A DNA stretch of 64,000 nt. Source: Ramazzottius varieornatus. Its lineage: Eukaryota; Animalia; Tardigrada. The notes below the pieces were generated by a model. That model was not told the origin of the DNA and did not search any database. It was given only the letters and a program-made list of their open reading frames with translations. This document shows, piece by piece, positions 28,799-43,123 of the stretch. The position numbers and the translations under genes were made by a program. Each line of letters starts with the position of its first letter. The stretch's first letter is position 1. The DNA lies in the NCBI GenBank assembly GCA_001949185.1, contig BDGG01000003.1:3517158-3581157 (forward strand). The letters run 5' to 3'.

Positions 28799-31700
28799 CT
28801 ACGGACGAACTGCTTGCCGACTTCGAACTAGTGACCGTGAGCTCGAGGTCGTCATTGTGGGGGAGTCGTTCTTCGGAGTTTTCTGGCGCCTTCTCACGTG
28901 GCATCCATGACACAGCAAGTGACCATCCAGCGGATAGCAGCGACGATCTTTGGGTTTATCGGTCAAATGCATTCCGCAATCCTATGAAAGAAAAACGATC
29001 CATCGAGGAACTTCCCAAGTAAACGGTGGACACCAAGTGATACCGTACCTCGCAAGCGTAGCAGTCCACGTGAAAGTTTTGTTCCATCGAAACTACACGA
29101 ATTGTTTCATCAGAACCCTGGAAGAGCGGAATAGCAAGGGTTGGTATGACACCGGTGCCACGGTATCGATATATCGAAAGCAGGTTAGCAAATAAGGTCA
29201 ACTTTACCTCTACAGGCGTAATGGGCTGTTTGCATGCAGCACAAACGGGCGCGTATCGGCTGGAAATCAAAATAAATATGAAGCGGAAATGAAAAGAACA
29301 CACCAAGCAGATTCAACATTACGCAACTTAAAGACGACAAAAGTAACGGAGGAGAACGAGATGGAGCGGGAAAGCGACTCGAAATTCAACACGGACGATC
29401 ATAGACTTGGCGTACCCTTGGTAGTCTTCGATGCAAAAGATTTTGCCTTCAATGTCCACCGTGAATGGAGCGCCATCTAGAGTTTTGTTGCATGTGCAAC
29501 ACCGGAAGCACCCAGGATGATATGATTTGCCGAGAGCTTGAAGGATCTACGACAGAACAAATACAGGATTATACTCGACATCTTGAGCTACTGTAAGCAT
29601 TTGCCGTGTAGGGCGAAACGACCATTACCATATCCATGATCAGATGGCCGCAAACCACGCACTTATCCGCCGAACTTTGAAAGCCCGAATACTAAAAAGC
29701 AAACATTCAATTATTCATAAGAACAAACGGGCGAGAACTTTGCCCGAATGGGTGGCAAACTCTTCACTTTTCTACCATCAAGAAAGACTCTTCTTACCAA
29801 GTAATCCTCTTCGCACATGATCTGACCTTTCACGTGATAGAAAGCCTTCCCGCGAAGGACTCGACCTGGAAAAAGTAAGAACGTTATTGGTTATGAAGAT
29901 ATGTCGGAAGGTTTGGTCCGTGTGAGGCGGAAGTTGAGCCCGCCCTCGAGAAGATCGAGAAAGCAAACTTGATTACAGTTTTCACGTGCACAACGTGAGA
30001 AGAGACCTGATTCTCTCTCCAAATCCCATTCTTCACCGGAATGTAATCAAAATTGAAACAGGAGAACAAGTCGCAGAAAGGAAAAACTAACATTGACTGT
30101 TTTCGAAAACACTTCTGATTATATGATGGAAGAGCGCACAATGAGCAAACAGTGCCGTAGCACTGAAAGCTTTCAACGACACTAGAATGCAGAGTTTCCG
30201 GTTGTCTATAACTAACAAGACGCGACAGTCTCAGAAATTCCCACACGTGTCATGCAACCTCATTTTAAACCTGAGAGAAGCCCAGCCACAAAATTCCTCC
30301 CATCGCTTACCGCAAATATTGCAGACGAAACAGGCTGTATGGTAAAGGTGGTCCATTGCTTGGCAAGCGTTCTCCACTCCCACAACTCGCTCTGCACAGG
30401 AATAACATTGACCTGCGAAAAACTCAGAAGAATTAGTTTATCTCCTCCATTGCTGAAAAATTTTCCGAGCTGTTTCTCCGTCATTTTTCAAACGCTTAAA
30501 TGACAAATGATAAGGAGGAATCGATTTTGAACGGATTTTGCCGACAAAAGCTAGAAAGGTCGGTGAATCGACACTCAATCGTCCGCGCTTTTTGCAATTT
30601 TTCACGTTATTTGTCTTTAACGCGGTTTCATCAATCATGTTTGTCTTGCCTTACGGATTTCTCGCCGCCGTGTTTAAGGTAAACGTGTGTTTTTCCTGTT
30701 ACGAAAACAATCTTGGTGGGTAGGTCCGTCTTCTCTGTTCATCAATCACCAGAACGTGACCTCCCCCGCGAGTCGCCGTAAGATCGCACAGTTAATTGCG
30801 TGCGGCGCGTGGACACGTTCGTGTGAGATTCAGAGCTGATGCCTCTTGTTCTTGACAACAAAGCCATCTCTTCTTCGGCGTCTTCAAAGATATCAAGCCG
30901 CCAACGACGACACATTCGATTAATTATTTGTCGTGAAAGGGACCACCCGCGTAAGTAGTGTGAACCCCAAAAACATATTTTCATTTTTGTCATCACGGAC
31001 AAGAGTACATTTTCTTGGATGGAAGAAAAGAGTGCGCCGTGGCCGGCTCTGTTATTTATGGGTGAAGCCGACAATTAATAGGGACTTGTCAATGGAATGA
31101 CACTTTATTGTCACGCAGGGCCATCGACTTGACGATCCTTATCTGGGTGTCTTAAGGAAACCGTCAGGAAACGGAGAAGAGGGATTTGGGCGTAATCGCC
31201 CATTACGTGACTTCAGTAGCTAATTGACTTGATTGCTCTCTTAAAAACAACCGGAGCAACTCGCAAACAATCTGGCTTCCTGCGCGAACGCCAAAAACCC
31301 TCGTCGAATAACAAGCCTTAAGAGCCGGGAAAGTACTCTCTGTAGGCTGCACTTTCACCTTTCCCGCTACTTCAAACAATAAACATCCTCCGTGAAGAGT
31401 TCACACATCACACTAAGGCCGTCATTGTCCAATGGACAAATATTTTGCCGTCTCAGTGTTTTTGCGCTGTGAACATTACAGCGACCAGCTTTTCTCCAGC
31501 TTCAAAACATATGGGACGGCTGCAGATGAACTGAACTTGATCGTCATCTCAAGTGGCGCAGGTTCCCATCCCTACTTGCTGAAGGTGCGCGCCACTGAGG
31601 ATCACGATCATGGTCAAATCATTTGTCGACGCTCCATACAACGATTTCATTTTTTGTGTGACAAGAATGTTTGTTGTACATTTAAAAGATATCTCAGACA

Positions 31701-34621
31701 AAAATAAGGCTAGGTTTCTGTGGGGATATCCACTTACCGAAGTAGTCCGCGTCCTCGTCGGTGTCTTGCGGTAGTTCTTCCAAGTTAGCCCTGGTGAGCT
31801 CTTCCGTCAGCTTCTCGATTTTTTTCTCGACTTCCGCCGTCTTGTTCAGACTCTTGGGTGTGGTGATCGGAAGTTTGGGTTTCAGGTTGCCATTCACCGT
31901 TGGCTTGTACGGTGGTGGAGGATCCACGTCGTCCAAGTCTTCGGAGCAGGGCTGCGAGAAGACCGGGGCGGAAATATCCCGTGCGCGATGCATCAAAGCT
32001 GCAGTTCCTGCCGGTGTCGTCAAGGTTCGGCTTTGACTTTGGTCTTTCTGGTGACTTACAGGTAACGAAGGACTATGTGCGTGGAGCGAACAACAGGAAC
32101 TCTGATGAGGGAGTACTAGACGTTTCTCGGGATGGTACAAAGCCGACTGTTGCCGGAACTGGGCTTTAGCGAGAGCGGGGTTCAGAGCGGTCTCAGCCGA
32201 CAGGGCAGGATGATAGATGGGCGAGGTTTGGGCGGAAGTCAAGGAAGATCGGACTGAGGCCGAGCTATACGACACCGGAAGCCCCGACAAACCGGAAGTC
32301 GACTATAACAATCCAAAGAAAATATGAACGAATATTCGGAATACACAAAAAAAATGTTCCCAGAAATGAAATATAGCACGATTGAGCTCTTTGAAATGAA
32401 AAGTGAACAAGTGAAAGTCGGGAAACACAGCAGATTGCAGTATGAGGGATCGAAGGTGGTATCTGTGGTATCGTACATGCACAACAACTATCCAATGATG
32501 GATGGTCGACAAGAAGAGTTATCAGTGATGTTTCTCACTTTTTCTGCTCGTACTCTTCTAGGATCTTTCGTGATCTGACACACACCACCGGTTTGACTAG
32601 TCGTCAACTTCGAAAGATATACGGAGTGAAAGTCTACATGAACCTTGGTGAGGAGATAAAGCTTGTCAAGGCTGTATATGAAGCGTGTCTTAGACCTCTT
32701 ACCGAGGAAGCCAGTTGTATTCTGCCGGCTGTAGGACGATGGTACTGTTTGGTGGCGATTCCGACGTCACGATTCAGTATGAAAGGAGGCGTTGTTCGGT
32801 GGGAGTACGGCTCTGCTACGGAGGAAGAGTGGTGGCTGCTATTGTGGCCGCCATTGCATGCCAGAGACGAGCAGCTGTTGGTGCTCAAACCGGTATTGTG
32901 TCGGGAATTTAAATTGCGACTAGCTTGGCAGTTGGGGTTTGATTGACGAGATGAGAGGAGTCGTAGCGTGTCCGCCGCTTCGTGGACGATGACGGTATCA
33001 GCCGGCGAGTGCAGCAAACACGAATGCGAGCCCATCCGCCCGAAACTTGTAGGTGACGAGGTCGACAGGCACGCACAGCGGCAGCACGAGCTCCTTCCCA
33101 TCGGGCTACAAAGTAGAACGGATAGTTAAAGACGACCTAAAAGACAAACTTTTAATTAACGACAAAACTGATTCTGAAAACTATAGAGTTATAAAACTGA
33201 CAATGGAATAGTTTTCAAAATTTGAATAAGAATTGTAATGTCGATCTTGTCAGGAGCGGGAGTATGACTTGCCCTCTGCCGAAGTTTGAAGTGTTTTTTC
33301 TGACTCCATATCACAAACGTTTTGATCAACTTAAGCTTGTACACCCACACTAGCGCGGCGCTTCCGGGATTTATTTGAAGGAGAATTCGCTTCATCGCTA
33401 AGAAAGCCTGGGGAAAGAGGAGCAAATTAATAGCTCTTTACCGGAATGTTTTGAACCGTCTTCCGGAAAAAATTTTCTGTCTCGCTGGAGATAATCCAAA
33501 CGCTTTAGCAGGTGAGCAGCTGCTGGTGCCAAGGTTCTACTGTATGTACTATAAGAAAGAGTGAATGAGAGGGTTCCAGTTCCTTTTCCAGCAGTTTTGC
33601 GGAAGTTTCTTAAATGTGCACTCTGGAGCAGCTGTGCAACACTAGTGGGTCTAGCCAATGAAATAATTTCGCCTGTTGAACGGCAAGTCTTTCTATCAAT
33701 CTTCCCGGTTCCAGAGAGGCCTAGTGCTCCCTCACCATCTTGTTCGGTGGGAGAAACTTACAGCTGCCAAGACTGGTAGACAAACATCAAATAAAGACCA
33801 TGATCTGCCAGAATAATTCTAGCCTACCCCATAGCTGAGGAAACAAACTCGACAAGACTATTCTATCAAGTGGCGCATGTATTCAGCGTAATCGGGTGAA
33901 AGTGTACGCCACTTGGAAAACGATCTTGACGTGTTTGTTTGCCACGCTCACAAATGGAAGTAGTATATCAAAGATAAAGAACGTTTGTCAAGTCAGTCCA
34001 AGAGTATTTTGGTCGACGGACGTACTTATTTTGAAATAATGAGCGGAAGAAATGAGTCTGGATATCTTAAAAAACAATGTTATTCGGTGGCGACCCAAAG
34101 AGAAAGTGCCTGTGGGTACACGTGAAGTACCCACCTCAGCGAACTGTGGTCCAGTGCAGGAGTGGGTGAGCACAAGCACAAGGGAGAGTTCACCAGATGT
34201 CGGAGTTCGGTAGCACTACAGTGACTAGCAATCGTGCTAATGCTACTGCGGGGGGAGGAGAAGGTCGAGCCATGAGGTGACTCGCTGTAGCTCCATAGGA
34301 CGTTCAGCCGCTGATGTGGGTGAAGAGGGGTACAATCCGATCTGCCGGGAAGAGCCTTATTGTGCGGTGATGGTAGATCGATAAAAAATCGACTAGCCGG
34401 AGTTTCCGACTGGGGCGGCCTTTCCCAACTAGCGTTTCCGCTCTTTCTCAACGAGTCACATCCGCTCAGTATGCCTCGATCGCTCTCCTACCAAACATAA
34501 CGGATGTAGTAACAATATAGCAAACGATCCTTATGTAATTGTGTATAAGTTTATAGTACCGTCTCATAGCCAGCGGCTACTTGTCCATGATAGCGCTGGT
34601 AGTCGTATGGTGGCGGGGGAC
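28799..34621 (-). CDS. Ajuba/LIMD1/WTIP-family triple-LIM protein (5' end uncertain)
   Basis: Low-complexity N-terminus with PPPY motifs and [13 protein letters not shown]. Then DYF|[64 protein letters not shown] and [13 protein letters not shown]. Confidence 0.88.
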
Positions 34622-36799
34622 TTAGGAAATCAGCGCCGTAACCAGCAGCCGTTCCCGGATGTTCCCGCGATGGATTAGGCTCGTAGAGCTTCCTCGAACC
34701 TTTAGTACTCATCCTTTAGCCGCAGGTCCTGCAGAACAGAGGCCGTTATCCATCATTAAAAAGCGACGTTTCCCACCACTGATTACTGCGAACTCCGTCT
34801 GAGAAAACGGCAATGGATCGAACTCGAACGTTGTCTCGAGTGGCGCACGTCTTCATTTTTACTAGCCCGAAGACTGCGCCACTTGGGAAAGCGATCACGT
34901 TTAGTCCATTTGCCGACGTTCAATTTGCACTTCCACAGACACTTTTCAAGTCCGAGATTTTTTTGATACGCTCGAGGCAAGCTGCGCTGGGTCTCTAAAG
35001 GCATAACTACAACCAAATGCGAAAAAGGGGAACTCTTTAAGCGTGAAATAAACCTCGGTCAGATTTTACAAAGTCTGAGCAAAAGGCGGCCAACCTCACA
35101 AAGTGTAATGTCCGATGATATCGGTATCTGTATGTGCTCCGCGTCTCAAATCCCAGAAGCCAATCAGAAATCAAGGAGTCCGCTGGTCCCCAATGACCAG
35201 GATTGATTCCCGACAAACCACAAAGCCTACCGAAAAATCTTTCAAGATTGCAAAATGACTCCCGCACTCAAAGAAGTCTCCGAACTGGGGAGTGTCTTCC
35301 ATACTTATTCAATAAATGATCCACAATCAGTAAGCACGTCATGCTGGATTAGCATCTTTTGGGCAACAAGTGAAGCGTCTACAACGATCACGAACGATGG
35401 GATGTTAATGTTGTCTTTCACGATGCATCTTCCAGGACAAACTGGTAAAATGATCAGTACACACACTTCGCGTATACAGCTCACATGGCTTTGCAAAACA
35501 TTCCAGACATAACATCGAGGAAAAGGCTCTTTTCTACGCACATTCTCTCTTGGTGAACACATTGGCAGACCAGTTTGAGAGAGAAAGGAATGCCAGAGCC
35601 ATAGGGGCCAGAGCATTCCAATCTCCCACTTTGTACTATGGCCCATCAAAGCAGACTGACCAGATGCCCGCTTGCCCACTGGTCACAACTGGCCACGTTG
35701 AGAGACGAGAGCAACCAGCCAGAAACGGAATGTGGCTTTTATGGCATTAACGGTCACTCGTCCGTACTGTCTCTCAGCGTACGCTAATATTAAGGGAGCA
35801 TGTCATGCAAATTGCGTGAAGGAAACAACGGCAGCACAATTGATTTACCTTATTAATTACCCGCACATTTATGCACATCTGTCAGTCTTTCCAGTCCCTC
35901 CCATTGTCTTTACTCGGCAAAAGCCATAGCTGTTTCTGCAAGCGAAAACAGAAAGGGACCATGGAATAATTTGGTAGAGATAAATTATCGCATACCCCAT
36001 AATCGTCCAAATTTTGGTTCGTCGTGGGATAACGCTTCGAGTAGCTCAATGAAACTTCATCTAGAAGCTGATTCCCGCATCGTGTTGGTATGCTTCGATC
36101 AGGCACCGCGAACAGAAACCTGCAAGCAACAGCAGAATGTAGATCAATTTTCTGCGTTGGAGAGAACACAATTTTTGCAATCATTACGTGGAAGAAACGA
36201 GTTACCTGGAACTCGTAAGGTCAGAAGAGCGTCACGTCGAGCTATGTATGCGGTTCGCCGAGTTCGGTTCGGACAAGGCCCGTCTCGGAGCGACCCAGGA
36301 CGTCATGTTCGGATGTCGAAGCGGATGACCCGTCTGGCTCGCCATTTTAAGGTGAGAAGCTTGGATCATTGAAGCTTGGATCATTTCCAGAGGTTTTAGG
36401 AACCAAATCATTTCTGGCATTCGACTGCATCTCGCTGAAAAGCCGCTAATTTGATGATACCGTTTCGGGAAACGACCATTTATCGCGGGGCACGGCATGT
36501 ACTGCGCTCTTCGCTCTTGTTCCTGCTTGCGTATCCGACTACCGACATGGTAATGCAACTCATGAATCTCATTTCCGGAATGTTACAAGTTGCGACTGCC
36601 CCTTCCTTCGAACAGTCAGTCGGCATTTCACGCACCGTCAAAAATGCTTTTCCGTGAGCATGCAGAAGCGGCTAATCTACTACTGTGTAGCGTTTAAAAC
36701 CAAGAAGTAATGTGAGGGTCAAATACAATTCAGTAAAAACAATAAGAAAGTTAAAACATAAAATGGTTTAAATAATGTGTGATGTTTGACATAGCGAAA

Positions 36800-38723
36800 T
36801 TATCCAGCTTTCCTACAGCAGACACATTCGGGACTGATTCGCGCGCAAGACTTGTGCAACGCCACACCACAAGTTGAGCACGCTGCTGCTCGCTCTTCAA
36901 AAGGATAAATTTTGTCGTTTTCTTTGAAACACACCGCGCAAATAGTGGCCAAACCTTGACAGTACTGGCAAGTCACCCGGATGTGACCCTCCAACTCATC
37001 CGCGAAACTCGTCAACCTGCAAAACAAAATGATCCTGAAGCAAGATACACCCAATTTCTTAATTCGGAACTGGGCAACAAGCCCAACCAGATTGTTTGCG
37101 CAAGTGGCGCAGGTTTTCGACAATATTGACTGGAAGCGTGCGCCACTTGGGAAGGCGATCTGGTCAAGTTTATTTGTCGAGCTTCCAATCGATTTCGCCT
37201 AAACGTACTCTTTGAGCAGGACGCCTCGATCGACATCTGCCAAATCCGCCAACGAATACAACGCGGACTTTGCTAGGAAGTGTTTCCTATAAGGTGGTAT
37301 CCGGTGCAGGAGGGCGATCTGTGGTCCTTGCTCGCAGTCCAATAATATCCGTTCCATGATGGATAGCTTGTTCCGAATTTCTTGGATGCAAGACAGCTCT
37401 TCGACTAAGGCCAGTAAGTCTTTGTTGAGGGAGTCTACATCCAGAATTGGTGCGTTTTTGAGGAGCCGTAACGTCTGCTTGCTAGCCCGACAGACAGCCC
37501 TCTTCGAGAAGTCCCAGTTCTTCACGACGCGGCCTGGCGAAATTTCCATGTCATTCCTATGACATATCGTACCTGCAAAAGAAAGAAAGACGTCACCTAA
37601 CACAAAGACACTATATCTTGCCGTTTGATCTTGCCCTAGATTTGTGTTTCAAATTTTGATTGTCCAGGAAATTGGCAGCCAAACGCATGTACCAGCATAC
37701 CGTCGCATTGGGGTAAAGATACGTCGTCCTGTATGCAAGTGCGCGAAATTCGGAAAAATGCGATGTTAGTCGTCGACTTCCCTTTCAACCTTGATTTCGA
37801 TTATCAGTTTTGGTGTTTATTTGATTTGACCTTGTACTCACAGTAATAGCGACCGCTGTAGTCGCACAGACGGATGTGAGTTTCCCACACATTGGCATTG
37901 TCCATCGGAAAAGGCTTCCTGCATTCAGCACAGGCAAAATTCTCTGAAGCGTCAAGGCCTTTCTCCGGACAGATGTCCAACACGTACTCAGCCTTCTGTT
38001 CGATCTGCCTTGCCACACAGTACCTCGAGATATTACTGATACATCTTTCGTGACAGCTGAAATCACAGAACGAACAGTCGAGCTGAGACCTGGCAAAGAT
38101 CATCAACTGACCACAAACTTCACAGTGTCGTCCGCGCTTGATCATACGACGGAACAGCGCGGCGTGGTTGAAACAGTGACCCATGGAGATCTTTCCGGCC
38201 TTGACGGTGGTGTCGTCAGACTCGAGAATCTTTAGGCGAGCAAGGACCAGCTTTTGGACCAAGCTACTCCGCTCGGGATCTTCTGCATCAGGCGAAAGTG
38301 ATAAGATACGATCTTTCAGAATGTCCACCGTCTTCTCTAACTCCGCTTTGGACAGCTCGTTAATTTCGGGGTTCTCGATTTTTACTCCCAGTCCCACTGT
38401 ATCGTAGTGATTCTCCGACAGTGACTGGAGATTGCTTCAACGACACGAAAGACAAATTTCAGATGCACTTGTAAACGGCACTATGAAAACAATGCGGCCG
38501 TTCTTTCCTACCCTTTGTCGTTTTCCTGTTCCGCAGTCGGTGAGTCAAAGAAAGGTCGAGCAAACTCCAAAAGAGACTCCACGGAAAGGTCGAGCAAGAC
38601 GAAGGATAAGTCGCGAACGGGAGGAGGTCCGTTTTCCTTGACGGCGTCAGCCAGCAGAGAAGGAATGCTCGGCGTTGGCGAGGAAGGATGTCCTCCGTCC
38701 TCTTCATCCAGTTGCTCCTCCAT
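36800..38723 (-). CDS. DEF8: DEF8 (C1 domain plus Rubicon-homology zinc domain)
   Basis: LVQKLVLARL, C1-like H..CEVC..CSFC..CHERC, ICPEKGLDASENFACAEC, RLCDYSGRYYC, PGRVVKNWDF..VCRAS and HIRVTCQYCQG. Confidence 0.9.
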
Positions 38724-38822
38724 TCTGCTATGAATACTACGTGTCCTGAAGAGCCAACGAACTAAGGACGAAAGAAGTTTGGAACTTTGGGAGAGCAACT
38801 GACGAAAAAGTCACGAAGATCG

Positions 38823-38850
38823 GAAGAACCGATCAGCTGATCGGTTCTTC
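38823..38850. promoter_or_regulatory. Perfect 28-bp palindrome centred on the E-box CAGCTG, 100 bp upstream of the DEF8 start
   Basis: GAAGAACCGATCAGCTGATCGGTTCTTC equals its own reverse complement. A regulatory role is inferred from position only. Confidence 0.45.
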
Positions 38851-38962
38851 TTACTAATCATAACATAAACACTGTGACATAACATATCGGCACAGGAAGG
38901 AAGGAAATTTATTAGCCTCGACAATCTAGTCAACGGCCTCCTCGATGTTCAGAGGAATTACC

Positions 38963-39975
38963 ATCAGGTATCAGGTATCAGGTATAAAAACGAATCAGTT
39001 GAGCACCAAAGAGAAGTATCGTTGGAAGACACACCAAGATGGCAGGAAAATTCTCCGCGCCAAAGAGCAGGTAGTCACATTTGAGCAAAACCGTACAATC
39101 AACTGAGACGATCGGCACGATGCGGACGAAACGAGGCTTCAACCCGATCCCTTGCAGGTATGCGGAGAGCTGTTCAGCGGTGATGTGCTTCGGAACACCC
39201 CTGATGGCGAAGTCGCGACTCGGAAGGCCTCGCGCTTGTAGTGGACTGGCTGTTATGGTCTTCTCGTCAACCTGCTGAGTGTCTTTCATAATGACAGGTC
39301 TCACCTTCCGCGGGAATCCATTGTTCTTCGGTAGTTGAGGTTTTCGTGCTGCAATGGAAGCGAACGTAGGGGTGGTGGCAGGCTGCTCCGTTGGAATGGG
39401 GGCACTATGCTCGGTAGATGGGGATCATTAGGCGGGACGAACAGCCGTTGGGGGGTGTTCTCCAATGTGGACAATCTCTTCAGGATGGCCTCATGGCTAT
39501 CCCGTACGATCTTGATTTCGCCTTTCAGCTTCTGATTCGCAACCTGTAATGGCTTGACATGGTTTCTCATACCTTCTTCCAAGCAGACCTGGAAATTGTT
39601 CAGCGTGTCGATTAGGATTCGCCTAACGGATATGTCGATGGCTGCCGTTGCCTCTATTGGCATCTCCACTCCCGTGAAGTCAGGATACGTCGCTTCCACA
39701 GCTTCTCGCACCTTTGTCTTCATCGTTTCTTCCATCTTGGACGGAAGCAGCAGGATGTTGTCGCGGAGGTCGTAGGTTGGTAGGTGCACATTAATAACAG
39801 GATCTTCGTCCGAACTTGTTACGAACAGGGGAGCCCCAGGACTTCCGCACCCATTCGTCTTCATATTGTCCACAGCATTCGTATAACTTTCCAGGAGCGT
39901 GTCTTTGTTCCCGGAGGTGGGAAGATTCATGGCCTTTAGGTGCTGTTTCAGGGATTATTTCGATAGACGAGGGAT
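38963..39975 (-). pseudogene. Decayed intronless ORF with a SAP motif, coiled coil and RRM-like segment; possible non-LTR retrotransposon ORF1 relic
   Basis: WIPRLSK*SLKQHLKAMNLPTSGNKDTLLESY is a SAP pattern with an in-frame TAA at 39955-39957. A heptad segment LQVANQKLKGEIKIV..LSTLE follows, then a frame break near 39301 into DFAIRGVPKHITAEQLSAYLQGIG. It ends at (ATCAGGT)3. Confidence 0.5.
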
Positions 39976-40310
39976 CCACTATAGTAGTAGATACAGGTTG
40001 ATTGCTCAAAAGAGCAAGGGGCTTAATGACTGCCTGATTGTGATTAAACACATGGAACTAACTGACATGTCATATGGCAATGGCATGACAAGGAACGGTG
40101 AGCCCGCAGCTGCTCGCTGTTCGAAAACTTTATGGCGGCCAGATTGCGAATGCAGTGTGATCTGGATAAATCTAAAAACCAGGAGCACAACCTTCGGGAG
40201 AAAGGTAACGTAGCACCGACTAGAACTGCAAATTTTGTTCGATTTTGTACCATACAGCAGATGGCGGAAGTGGACTGCTGACAGTACCGGCTCCGGCTCC
40301 AGCTCACAAC

Positions 40311-42126
40311 TTATTTCTTCTCAAAAAGAGCAATAAAGAACCCTATCGAATCTACAGAAGAAACTGACGGGACAACATCAAACCTTTGTAACAGACCTGC
40401 ACATTCTTCGGTAACACCTTCCCTGACGAACCCGGATCTTCCTAAGTAAGGAGCCTGCTCGACCAAGTAGAGTTCAGGAAACTCTTTCAACATCCAGCTC
40501 ACCAGGTCTTCATTCTCGCTGGCGAAGACGGAACAAGTGGAGTACAACAGCCGGCCGCCTGGCTTCAATAGCGGCACCACAGACTTCACAATGCTCTTCT
40601 GTATTCTCTGGCACGATTTCAGCTGGTTGGGACTGAAAGACTTGAAAGAAAGCCTGGGCCTGTTGCCACTTCCGCTACATGGAGCGTCTATCAGTATTCG
40701 GTCGTAGACATATGGAATTGAAAGCTCTTTCCGCTCAGAAAGCTTCGAAGCATCCGCACAGAAGACTTCAATGTTGGAATATAACTTATTCACGATGGAA
40801 GAAAGTGCTGCGGCTCGTTTGGCTGATTTCTCTATGGCTATGACACGTCCTGTTCCATGCATCAAACTGGCAATGTGCAGGGTTTTACCGCCAGGTGCTG
40901 CGCAGCCTTGAAAGATACACACAAGAGCTGAATGCTGATGCATATCAAAAAAATAGCAACGGAAAACTTACAGTCCAAGATAGTTTCTCCAGGTTGCGGG
41001 TTCAAGACTTGCACGGCGACGCATGATGGTACGTTCTGGGCCATGAAAGCGGGATGTACAGCGAGGAACTCACTGAGGGAAGGCAACGGGTACCGTGGTT
41101 GGTCGATGGCGACACCCACGCCGGAAGTGCACTCTTTCTTGGCGAACAGTTCCTCGCGCGAGACTCGAGCGATACCAGACCCAACATAGTACAGCTTGAG
41201 GTCCGAAAAGCCGGACAGTCGTCCATACAAGCACTTGGCATTCACGTCGCAGTACTGCCAAAGGGTTCTGAATTATTCGACGACTCGAGCAAGTGTATAA
41301 AAGTCGAAAAAACCTACCACATCCCTGAAAACAAAATGCAGCTGGTTATTAGGGTAATGTGAGATACAAAGTTTGGGTTAGCAATCTTACACATGGTCTC
41401 CTTTGCGGATGTTAGCGGAACACGCCATGATGCCCGGCACGAAAAGGTCCGCTCCTCGAAGACACGACTCACCGGCAAGGACGTCAACGATGACTAAGAG
41501 GTCTCCGTCTTCTGGATGCTTCTCATCCATCGCGGAGACTGGGTTCTCCCTCGCACCTGACAACGCAACCCGCAGTACACATTAGCGGGCTTCCATTATA
41601 GCCGAACAGATTCGATGTCACGTGAAACTCGACCAGAGGGTAGAAAGGTGGCTAGAGCAGATACCGTCGGCGCGATCGAAGAAGCAAATCCAAGTATCCG
41701 AAACACCATCTACCACTCGGAGGCCCACTTCGAGTTCTTCCACATCAGCAAAGCGATTCCTGTTAGTATCCACAAGGCTTTTTCTTATCATCCGTTCTTG
41801 GTCATCCGGCACAACTCTGCTAAAAGGAACCGTCACGACTCACGTACTACTATCAGTGCTCAACCGGAAGTGATACACATGTGAGGATATGTAACGAAAC
41901 TATCTGAGTTATTTTCAGCTTGGGCACGTTCCTGGACACGTTTCTTACCGACGCACATTTCGGAAAAGCAAGAAGACATCTGGTTAAATCGCAGCGACGT
42001 CGTTAGCGGTGGCACTCGAAGTTCCTCCATGCATTCGTCGTTCGAAATTCCTCCCGGAGTACAGTACTCGGCGTGATACATCTCTCTAGTAGTTTGCATT
42101 ACAGAATCTGTCCGTTGGTCCGCCAT
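40311..42126 (-). CDS. NSUN6: tRNA m5C methyltransferase NSUN6
   Basis: PPLTTSLRFN, PUA segment GESCLRGADLFVPGI, QNVPSCVAVQVLNPQPGETILD|.CAAPGGKT, DRILIDAPCSGSG.RP, YSTCS and DSIGFFIA. Confidence 0.93.
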
Positions 42127-42499
42127 CACGCTCCCCCATGAAACAGTACGCGAACTAGCAAAAGCAGGACCTTCCGAGTCAGGCTAAGTCATACTCTCGG
42201 CGAAAAACACACTAAAATCTCCACTGGACATTGGCGAACGGCGAGCGAGATGGAAATTTGAATCATTGTGTCGCGGCTATGGCCCAAAACTTTGACCCGA
42301 AGCAGGCCCAATCGCCGTTCAATACCGGACGTCTAATTACGTCACCAAATAATGTGAAGTGATTGATCACTTGACTGAAAGAAAATACAGCAACCGACGG
42401 TGCTTATAGCCTGGTCGAACAGCTGATCACACCTAAATCCGTCATGGACCGCCGCAGGCGGCCAACGGGAATGCATATGAATGATTGAATGGATGCCGG

Positions 42500-43123
42500 T
42501 AGTGCTGGCAAAAATACGATAAAATTCGATGGGATATTTTTCGATACAATATCGGCGGATATTTTATCGCGGTCTTCGATATTCATTCGATATCGATAAT
42601 TCGATACGATATTTTTCCGTTACCGTATTTTCGATATATCGTATCATATCGCAGCGATATATCGATATTTCTGGAATTTCAGTTTCTCCGGAATTCCACT
42701 GGTCCAAGCCCTAAAACTCAAGAAGCCGATTTCTACATAAAGTATTAGTAAGATCGAAAGTGTCGGATTCAGCAAAGACATGACTATACCACCAAGACTT
42801 CAAACACATGGAAACCTGGACAGAATTAGTACCAGAACGAAATGGGCGGAGTGTGCTCCATACGCCATGGCCAAAATCAAGTTTTGAAATCAACCATGGT
42901 CTTCCGTAAACGAGATATCACTAGCGAGTTTGCCATTCAGCAAAATACCGATATATCGAAAATATATCGATATGGCGCGATACGATATCGCCGAATATTT
43001 TGTTGCATTATTCGATACGAGTTTCGTATCGATATTTTCGACACGATATCTGCCGCATATCTTATCGCAAAGATTCGATATATTTCGATACGATATCGGT
43101 ATACCGTATCGTTGCCAGCACTA
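42500..43123. mobile_element. Non-autonomous hAT-type DNA transposon, 624 bp
   Basis: 12-bp TIR TAGTGCTGGCAA / TTGCCAGCACTA; 8-bp TSD GATGCCGG (42492-42499) and GATGTCGG (43124-43131) with one mismatch. Both subtermini are dense in CGATA/TATCG repeats. Confidence 0.88.
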
